From contig JARFYF010000094.1 of assembly GCA_030265395.1 (NCBI GenBank), positions 22,622,079-22,686,078 of the forward strand: 64,000 nucleotides of DNA, given 5' to 3'. Within the stretch, counting starts at the first letter, position 1, and each line of letters starts with the position of its first letter. Below are positions 54,560 through 64,000 of this stretch, piece by piece. A model generated the notes under the pieces. That model was not told the DNA's origin and did no database searches. It was given only the letters and a program-made list of their open reading frames with translations. Source of the DNA: Rhina ancylostomus (lineage: Eukaryota). The position numbers and the translations under genes were made by a program.

Positions 54560-54566
54560 CTTTCAT
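54560..54566 (-). CDS. LRTM1: LRTM1 first coding exon (ATG AAA G, 7 nt)
   Basis: Minus strand acaATGAAAG|gtaaga, A at -3; phase 1 joins the next exon to give MKGEIGL..., like recalled human MKGELLL. Confidence 0.85.
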
Positions 54567-54859
54567 TGTATTTAGTCTTTTTCTTTCCTTTTAGAAAGAA
54601 TTGAACAAGTCCAGGTAGTTATACAACATAAAATCAACACACAGAATTTAATATTGATTTAGATTTCCACAGATAATGGTCTAGTGCTCCATTTGACTGC
54701 AAACTGTAGAGACGTTTGTTACCTCATGAAGTCACGCATCAGTTATTAACTGTGACCTCTGTAGGATACCTAGCTCTTACTGCATTAGACTATTTTTCCA
54801 TAGTTTTTACACACAGTCGAGGCCAGGTTTCAAAGTCTCACAAACCATGCGAGTAGTAG

Positions 54860-54908
54860 CTGTCAGCTTATAGAGGACAGCTGTGCCTCACAAATCAAAA
54901 TTTGACAG
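54860..54908 (-). promoter_or_regulatory. Candidate LRTM1 core promoter
   Basis: TATAAG on minus strand (54867-54872), about 300 nt upstream of the ATG, with CAGCTG (54878-54883) and two TGACAG motifs; motif evidence only. Confidence 0.3.
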
Positions 54909-56824
54909 TTCAGGTTTTGCGTGTTTTTTTAATCTGCCTGAAGTTCAGGAGACAGAAATAAACCTGCCTTTTGAAATCCAGGGCAAATGTTAAATTCTTT
55001 GCACTGATTAGTCCTACACTGATAAACTCTATGAGTTAGATAAGATCATACCAGGTTTTCAATTTGCCAAGATCCTGATTCGAGGCAATGATGGGTGACC
55101 CAACATTTCAGTACAAGATGTCATGACTTCTCTTGTTTCTCTTCTGGAGATGGCATATCTTGAAGCATTCTGACACATTAGACCCAATTTTCATTTTTCT
55201 GAACTGGTATAAATCAGACAGGAGTGCAGATAAAATAACTGGACTCTCCGATACAGTTTTGTTCCCACTGTGTCTCTACATTGACTTGAATGTTTGAGCA
55301 ATATAGTATTGGGAAGATGCAGAATGAAATGTTTGAGTAGGGGATGCAGTCCTATTTTAAATACACAGATCAAGTCCTGATTTGCAATATTGACGAGTGG
55401 CCTGCAGAGGCAGTGTCAGAACCTGAGGCTGATGAGGCCAAGAGGATCAACTGAAGATTTTTTTCAGGTTTTCAAGTGGGGCAGGGTAGCACCTCCAGGC
55501 CATGGTCCCCCCTTGTATCAGACTGTACTCTTTCTCCCAATCACTGTTGGATCGATCTATCCTCCAACCCTATTAATTGCAGCAATGACCTCTCTGTCTC
55601 CCATTACCAACCTATGAGCCTCCCATAGCCCCAAACACTTCCTTAACATTTGCTAATATGGATTATCCCCACCCATCTAAACTTGCGATTTCCTTCCATT
55701 TGCTTAAGCTCCTGCCCGAAGACAAGGCTGTTAATTTGCATACCCATAAAACAGGAGGCTTCAGCATCTTATTTCAGCTGGAAGGATTTCCTCATTGTAG
55801 GCCTTACAGATTTTCCATGGAGCAAGTCACTTGTCCTCCCCGCTACTTTGCTGATATCAGGGCCTGTGCAGAAGGGAGAAATGAAAATCTCTGCAGTTTC
55901 ATTAATTTTNNNNNNNNNNNNNNNNNNNNNNNNNNNNNNNNNNNNNNNNNNNNNNNNNNNNNNNNNNNNNNNNNNNNNNNNNNNNNNNNNNNNNNNNNNN
56001 NNNNNNNNNNNNNNNNNNNNNNNNNNNNNNNNNNNNNNNNNNNNNNNNNNNNNNNNNNNNNNNNNNNNNNNNNNNNNNNNNNNNNNNNNNNNNNNNNNNN
56101 NNNNNNNNNNNNNNNNNNNNNNNNNNNNNNNNNNNNNNNNNNNNNNNNNNNNNNNNNNNNNNNNNNNNNNNNNNNNNNNNNNNNNNNNNNNNNNNNNNNN
56201 NNNNNNNNNNNNNNNNNNNNNNNNNNNNNNNNNNNNNNNNNNNNNNNNNNNNNNNNNNNNNNNNNNNNNNNNNNNNNNNNNNNNNNNNNNNNNNNNNNNN
56301 NNNNNNNNNNNNNNNNNNNNNNNNNNNNNNNNNNNNNNNNNNNNNNNNNNNNNNNNNNNNNNNNNNNNNNNNNNNNNNNNNNNNNNNNNNNNNNNNNNNN
56401 NNNNNNNNNNNNNNNNNNNNNNNNNNNNNNNNNNNNNNNNNNNNNNNNNNNNNNNNNNNNNNNNNNNNNNNNNNNNNNNNNNNNNNNNNNNNNNNNNNNN
56501 NNNNNNNNNNNNNNNNNNNNNNNNNNNNNNNNNNNNNNNNNNNNNNNNNNNNNNNNNNNNNNNNNNNNNNNNNNNNNNNNNNNNNNNNNNNNNNNNNNNN
56601 NNNNNNNNNNNNNNNNNNNNNNNNNNNNNNNNNNNNNNNNNNNNNNNNNNNNNNNNNNNNNNNNNNNNNNNNNNNNNNNNNNNNNNNNNNNNNNNNNNNN
56701 NNNNNNNNNNNNNNNNNNNNNNNNNNNNNNNNNNNNNNNNNNNNNNNNNNNNNNNNNNNNNNNNNNNNNNNNNNTCTGCAGTTTCATTAATTTTACACTG
56801 GTATTATTCCATTCCAATCTGAAT

Positions 56825-57001
56825 AAAATAAAACTGAAAATGCTGGAGATACCCAGCAGGTTCAGCACTATCTGTGGAGTGAGAAGGATGGTTAATGTTT
56901 CATTTTTACTGAAAGGGCATCAGCCTGAAACATTAACTCCATTTCTCTCTCCACAGATGCTGCCTGGCCTGTGGAATATTTCCAGCATTTTCTATTTTAT
57001 T
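56825..57001. mobile_element. Fold-back Penelope-type terminal repeat
   Basis: About 70-bp arms; perfect inner GTTAATGTTTCA (56891-56902) / TGAAACATTAAC (56926-56937). Confidence 0.75.
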
Positions 57002-58879
57002 TCTTTTGTTACTTACACTGAATTTTTCCAACAAATCTACAAGCATGGTTCTGACTAGCCAAAATTTTTTATGGCACAACTTCTCATTTGAAACAGTATA
57101 CCAGAGTAATGACTTATAGTACTATCCCAGAAGCCAGATAGACATGTCCCAAATGTAAGATACCTTCCTTGTGGGAATAATCTTCTGATTTGCCTCTAGG
57201 CCAGTGACACCTTTAATAATGATTTTCTTTATTCATTTGTTTGACAGTGGTACCTATGAAGCTGTGTGATATAATCTTTTTAGTTTCTTTGAATGTACTT
57301 AGAAGCACACTGGTATTTTATAATAGGGCTGTGAATTTTCTAATAAGAAGTATTATGCATTTAAATATCACCCTTTCAAATATAGCTAATGGCAGAATCT
57401 GTGCTATGACATTGTATAATGTGTATTTTCCTGGACTGTAGAATGAATGCTTGCCAATGACTGCCAATCTATCGTGTCTGAAGGAACAAAGAGATTAATG
57501 GTGTTGGGTCATTTCCCAGTTGCATCAGCTCCTTTTGGTTACACAGCACTTCATTCTGAAATAAAAGATGCAGAATTATTTGATTGAACCCCTCTTGTAT
57601 TTTGTTGTTTATGGTTTTGAATATCACAGTTTTATTATAGAATTAATATTGTAAAGTCCCATTTCTGAGATGTTGTGGACTGCAGAACATAAATTCACAC
57701 ATCTATTCAGTTATGTTTCCATTATGTTTTTAATAAGCAAGTTTTATCTTTGAGTTTCAGGATACTGATCAGTCATGCACAGTGAGCACAAGGGCACTTA
57801 CTCTGATCTTTAACTGTTCCTTGGTGACTGCTCATTATTTTCATCTTCTCTAACTGTCATCAAAGCTGCATTGCTGTTTACAGCAGGCGAAGCTCCAGGC
57901 TTCTTGTGTATCAGTTGCCTTGTCTGGTTTGCAGCTGCTTATCTCATGTTCTTGCTATAACTGGAAACCTGCACATGGATAAACCATCCATGATTTCAAT
58001 GCTAGAAATATTTGTCTGTCAGCAAACACTGCAGATTTGATTTCATTGTACGAGCATAAAAACAACCTGCAAGTGATTGTATGAATTTTTAAAACAACGT
58101 AGGTTATTCAGATTAATATAAACACACTGCCTGTGAAATTATGTGTTATATTCTTTATAGTCCTTTGGGTGTACATAGAGATGCATCAACATTTGAAATG
58201 GATTTTTAACACTACATTGAATAGCACTCAGGACAAATTAAAGCTAGTTACTCATTTTAATTGGAACACACTAGGATATAGTTACGTGGGATCCACTGGT
58301 GAAAACTCTTTAGTGCATAATATTTTTGTCTAAAGACTTTCATCTTTTCCACTTGGTTGGCAAGGTGGCCATTTGGATAGCCCCTTTTTATACAGAACCC
58401 TCCTGATTTGTGTTTCCCATTTTAACCAGTGGGGGAAAAGGCCAATATCTTCAATAATGAGCCATCATTTTGGAGGCTGAAGTTGAAAATTACTTTCCTG
58501 TATCTTATTTCATGATGGCATGTGTTAAGCCTCTAATCCATATCTTATGTACCATGTTATTCATTGATGATGTTAAGACCATCTCTAAGTATTATAACTT
58601 TACTTCTGCAGTAACATTTTAATATACTGTTTGGTAATTGATCAGAACAAATTTTGCATTGTGTGATTTTGATAAAGCAAAGAAAATTAAACTGAAATCC
58701 AAAAAAAGCCAACAATATAGAAAATTCTTCTGAAAGAGCTCTGTTCCATAAATTAGCTATGCTGCTCTCATTCAGTGCAAATGCATATTATGTTGTTACA
58801 AACTGCATTTCTTTGATATAACTTTTAGCAGTAAATAATATTTAGATGTGTCACTAGATATTTTCAGTCCACATTGGAG

Positions 58880-59170
58880 CATGATAGTGAACTCTACTTC
58901 TGACCCTGGGGTCACAAGGTTGAACTGCAACCCAAACTCTTGAGCATATAATGGAGGATGAAACTTAGGTGCAGAAGGAATATTGCACTGTTGGAGTGCT
59001 CACCTTTTAGGTGAGGTTCCACCTCCAAAGTATGTGAAAGATTCCATGGGATTTTCCATTGCAGCACCAAGGGAGGCTTGGGGAGGGGTGGTACACTTCT
59101 CTCTGGTATCCTGTCCAATATCTATTACTCAATTAATGTTATTTGGTGTTATCAGATTACCTTTTGTAGA
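58880..59170 (+). mobile_element. DeuSINE-like SINE, decayed
   Basis: gcactgttggagtgctc..aaagattccatggga..ggtatcctgtccaatatctat resembles the recalled Deu domain. Confidence 0.5.
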
Positions 59171-62100
59171 TTGATGATAAAAGCATTTATATAATTGTAA
59201 CTAAATTCCTTTCTTGTAATTCATTTCGAATATAACCTGTTGCAATTATTTCAAAACTTTGTCTCACCTAATTTTTTTTCTACTATTTTTGAAAGGTATT
59301 ACTATGTAGTTTTCTTCTGTCACTCTGGATATTTAGCCTTGCTTTCCTGTTACCTTTTTCCTATCTAGTTTTGGTCCAAGGAGATGGAAACACAATGTGT
59401 GAATTCCCCTAGGTCTGCCATGGTCAGCTGATAAGTTCTTTCTGAATTCACCGGACTCCATTCCATAAAATGTACTGAGGAAATGAAAAGCTTGTAAAAG
59501 CACAGGCTTTGGAACTGTAATGATGCTGACTTAATGGTGCTAATAGAAGCTGTTATCCAGTATTTTGGAGAGTAGTGTTGGATCTTGTTACATGTCCATG
59601 TACCCAAGGGGTGGTTGACATTCCAATTCCACAGCATGGATATAATCAAAGGCTTTCAAACAAAAAGTCCTTTCATTGAAGGCCCTTATAAGATCACTGT
59701 GGTTTTGGCATTTGTCTTAAACGCCATTACAGAGAAGTACGGCCTCTATAAACAAATACTGCAAACATTGCCAATTTTTGCAGATTATATCTTATTTTCA
59801 TTTGATATTAACCCACATAAATAAACAAATACCACAATTTAAACTTTGTACAAGGGAACCTCATGTTGAATGTCTGTACATTATCACTGCTGATAGTAAT
59901 TTCTAAGCTAAGAAATGTTCTTACTTTACAATGTGTTGAACTCTGAAAAAGATATGAGACATAATTTTCTTACTTAGTCCCAGCTACATATGCAGGGGTA
60001 AAATACTAAAAAAAAATTGAGAAAAATATGCTTCATCCATCTGAAGTTCTGAAATATATTAAACCAGATGAAGTGCACACCAGTGTTGAAAACTTATCTC
60101 AGTGGTATTATCTCATTGACAAGGTTTGAAGCATTTGTTCATGTATTGGAAGATCTAACATGTTATCCAAGGGCAGCGCATCTTTGGAATTCTTTTCTGT
60201 TAGCCAATCACTTGGGTATTTCAGATGAGCATCAAGACCAAGTGTAGACTGTGGTCAAGTGGGGGCTGGAGGATAGAAGGTCTAGTTTTGACAAGATTTG
60301 AGATTTATCCAGTTTGTCCTTATTCTTGGACTTGCATTATGAATTCATATTGGCACATTTATAATGGAACCTTATGAATACATATTGTCACATATACAAT
60401 GGAACCAATATAGACTTGCCATATATGTAAAACTAGAAACTTTGTTGACAGAAACATGCAATTATATGGTGACTACTTACAAAACAAGCTTCCATTTAGA
60501 ATTTGGCATGAAGTTTATAACAGGTGAGGTTTGACAGGAATTTGGTGTCAGTGTAAGGTTTTACCATCTAATAGACTTTAGGCTATTACTATATATAGAA
60601 ATAATTATTGAACCTTTGACCTTTAACTTCAAAGAATGTTATACATTTCTATTATACAGGTAATGATTGGCAGGGTGATTTTTTTTACAAAGAATTTACT
60701 AAAGCGCTCACCATTTACATCGAGACTGGGCAGGTATAGTCAGAGCAATCTTGCAATGTCTCAACATCTCTGTAAGGGTGATGAGGAGAAGTTTGGAAGT
60801 TTAGCCATACTTATTTGCTCAAAACGATCCTGACAGTGGTACTTGGGTTTTCTGATAATGACAAGGGTATATTTTTAGATCCTGCTAAATTTTACCCTCT
60901 CTTTATGAGATTTGCAATGATGTATATATCTTCTGACAACCTTTGATCATACACTTAGACCTGATCTGAAAGTGACATTGATACCCCTATGTGCCATACT
61001 TCAGCTTGAGTTGATCTTATTGGGAAGAAGAGGAATATTTGGAAAGATGAAGAGGCCCCAATTCTTTATCATATACCCTTCAAAATATTCCTGTAAAATT
61101 ATGTTACAATCCCTCTTCTTTCAACAGGCTTCTTAAAATACTGTGTGCTTCTAAAAAATGCTATGTTCAGAAGTATAGAGAACGAAAATGAGTCTATGTT
61201 TATGAGTCTGTGACCAGAATACTGATGAGCAGTTTAGCAGAGCAAAGGCCCAAGACCAATCTACATGGAGATTCACCCCAAAAACTGGATCGAATCATTT
61301 TTAAGTTGCTCTGGTGGCCCTGATGTGGATGGTGGTCTTGGCTAAGTTTTGACAAAAGGCTCCTATATTTGTGGCTCAAAAAAGCTGTTGGAAAATGTGT
61401 TTGTACAAACTCTGAAAGATATTTTTAGCTTTAAAGAGGTCCGGGATGTCGTTCAAATTAAAACCCCCAAACTTCTAACATCCTGTTAATTGGGAAGTTG
61501 CCTGCATCAAAGGACCCATGAACAAACCTTGAATGGGTTGGCCCCCTTTGTTCCACCATCCATTGCTTTCCAGATGACATATCTGTAAGTCTTGTTAAAA
61601 TACAATATTGGTAATGTTCCAGTATACATTGCATCAGGGCTCCCAATTGGAATCTGATTATAAAAATCCAAGGATGTACTTAGTATGGGCCTCTGCATCA
61701 TGATACACACCATGGGAATTAGGCCCATTTGGGCGGTTACAAAAAATGGTCCTATTCTATCAGTAGAAACACTTGAAGAATTCTGCCATCCATATTTTTG
61801 TTCCAAGCATACTTTTCAAAGTTGAACATGTACTTCTAACAAAAATATTGATTGGTGTATGATAAAAATGATTGTCAAGGATATCTGAAAGATATTATTC
61901 TGTTCTTTAACAGCTGTGGGTATTCAAATGAAGCTGGAGTTTTTCCAAAAGAAGTTCTGGACTGCAAGCCGTCAGGTGAGCTGTTTATTATTACCAGCTT
62001 TAATATCTTAATTGTGCTGAAAAAGATAAAAAGGCGTTTGCAAATGTTTGCAAATCACATGTTTGTTCAAATCATTTGTGACTCTGTAATAACAAAGACA

Positions 62101-63284
62101 TCTTTGAATACATTTTGTCGATTGAAATCCCTTAAAATCAGTCTGTTCAAACTCAAACTAATCTCCTGAAGTACATCATGTTACAGAATAAAACAAGTAT
62201 CAATAACTTTTTTTTGTAAAGAATACAGCATTCCCCTTTTAAAGAAATACACAAATTAACCTCAGAACAAAAAAGGTACAAGAAGTATGCTGTACTGAAT
62301 ATGGCACAAACTAATTATTGTGGACTACCATATTGTGGTGAAAATCAAAGTTAAGCCTGAAATTAACTTGAAAGTCTGTTAATAGGGAAACCCTGCACAT
62401 AGGAAGCTACTTTATTATCAGCTAAGGAAAATTGTCATTGTTAAGACTTTCAATATATAGAAACTTAAAAAAAACTTGCAAAAAATATTCAAATTATTGG
62501 TCAGCTTCTCAGAAACCAGAAATGCAATTTTCAGATGCTCAGACTTCTGTTTTTGATGACTTGCTTTCTTTTCAGTTGTTGCCTGCTTGCTTGGCAAGAA
62601 TTAATCAGTTCGTACCAAAATCAATTCTACTTCATTTCAGGAATGTCCACAATGATTGGCTGCTTCAGTAACAAGTAATTATGGTTTATACTCCTGCTGA
62701 TTTTATCCAAACTCAACTTCAGCCTAGATAAGATCGATAGCTGTTTCAGCTAAAAAAGAAATTTCCAACAATTTAAAACTCAACAAGCACAGATTTTGAT
62801 ATCTCCAGGGACTCCCTTTTCTTCATTCTTGCTGACATATGTACAACAAAGGTGAAAAGAAGTAATCATAAAGTTTTCAAAGTTGAACAGTGATATACTC
62901 TATTTCCTTTAATGGAAAGAAACACCAGAGTAATGATCATAATTGCATGTGTGAAATCCAAAGGTATCCAGGACATATATGGTCATCAGAAGCAGAGCAA
63001 TACCGAAAATAAGCTGCCAAATTAGAGCTCAGCTTTTGTTTTGTAAATACTTTATAACATGATAAGTGTAAGGCATGCTAGATATATCTGAAGCAAAACA
63101 AACATTATTGTGTAATATTGTATTCGGTTTAGAACCTTAAATCAGATGCAGATTCGAAATGGAAATTTGTGAAAATTCAATTTTAGAATTTTAAATAGTT
63201 ATATTTGACAATTGGCATTCAAAAAAGTGGATACTTATCCCAATGTTGTATTGTTTAATGGTTCACTTACAAGTAGATATATTT

Positions 63285-63630
63285 CCTATCCCCTGCCTGG
63301 TTCCATCTACCTACCACCCAAACACAGCACCTTCTGGTCTCCTATCTCCTCCCCCCACACAGTTCCATCTGCCCTTCATCCCTCCATTATCTGGTTCCAC
63401 CTGTCACTTTCCTTATCAGATTCCAGCATCTGCAGCCTCTTGTTTCCACATCATCTTCCAGCCTCTGGTCTCTACCTCCACCCTTGCCTCACNNNNNNNN
63501 NNGTCTCTACCCATCACCCACCAGCTACTGTCTCCTGACTCCACCCTTCCCCTTTCCTCAGCTGGCTTCATCTGCCCATCATTTCCCTCTTCACCTGGTT
63601 CCACCTATCAACTGCCAGCCCCTGCCTATG
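63285..63630 (+). repeat. C/T-rich repeat with recurrent tctggttccac/ctatc motifs (probable Penelope 3' region)
   Basis: Repeated ggttcca(t/c)ct units; includes attccagcatctgcag shared with the hammerhead family. Confidence 0.45.
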
Positions 63631-63634
63631 CCTC

Positions 63635-64000
63635 TTATAATTTTATATATCTCAGGTCACCCCTAAGCCTCGTTTGCTCCAGGAAAACAAACCCAGCCTA
63701 TTCAATCGCTCCCCATAACTAAAGTCCACCTATCCTGGCAACATCCTGGTGAATCTCCTCTGCACCTTCTCCAACAAAACCACTTCCGTTCTATAGTGTG
63801 GCAACCAGAACTGCACACAATATTCCAAGTGTGGCCGAACCAAGGTTTTGTAAAATTGCAGCATCACATCTTGAATTTTATATTCTGCGCCCCAACCTAC
63901 AAAGGCAAGTATACCAGAGGCCTTCTTCACTGCCCTTTCTAGCTAGATTGCCATTTTTAGGGAACTATGGACTTGAATCCCAAGGTCCTTCCGTCCATCA
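63635..64000 (-). mobile_element. CR1 LINE RT C-terminal fragment, truncated by window end
   Basis: QDVMLQFYKTLVRPHLEYCVQFWLPHYRTEVVLLEKVQRRFTRMLPG. Confidence 0.9.

Noticed and set aside
5773-54566. CACNA2D4/LRTM2 as the alternative identity
   Set aside because: [31 protein letters not shown] and the MKG micro-exon fit recalled CACNA2D3 and LRTM1 better; a tree would confirm.
55650-57058. Long ORFs of 341-466 aa
   Set aside because: Made of N-gap X residues; the same applies to ORFs at 862-1257, 5988-6599 and 45789-46403.
61458-61806. Minus-strand ORFs possibly from a retroelement or gene
   Set aside because: No recognisable motif in any frame examined and no convincing splice structure.
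34497-64000. Next CACNA2D3 exon (AVGIQMKLEFFQRKF...)
   Set aside because: No match found by eye; probably beyond the window, though it could be hidden in an N-gap.
1-64000. CRISPR arrays, operons, tRNA or rRNA genes
   Set aside because: Eukaryotic intron-exon DNA; no regularly spaced repeats or RNA-gene signatures seen.

Overview
Eukaryotic (vertebrate) genomic DNA, AT-rich and full of decayed retroelements. The repeat spectrum (CR1, L2, RTE, Rex1/Babar, V-SINE, DeuSINE-like, Penelope-type termini) suggests a cartilaginous fish; that is an inference. The whole window lies inside a + strand CACNA2D3 gene (calcium-channel alpha-2/delta-3). Ten consecutive GT-AG coding exons (5773-34496, 823 nt, phase-compatible) correspond to about human exons 18-27. 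The long intron after the last exon hosts a complete antisense 3-exon LRTM1 gene (CDS 54566-54560, 52522-51926, 45506-45073; 1038 nt, 345 aa), including a 7-nt first coding exon the ORF track misses. The most unusual signal is a dispersed family of about 100-250 bp elements built around a minimal type-I hammerhead-ribozyme fold with compensatory stem changes. One copy is a 97-bp unit flanked by a perfect 14-bp direct repeat, and several others form self-complementary fold-back units. There is also a decayed Ty3/Gypsy element, nested LINE insertions and several N-gaps with duplicated flanks. Repeat boundaries are approximate; exon boundaries were read base by base. Comparisons to human proteins and repeat consensi are from memory, not from searches.
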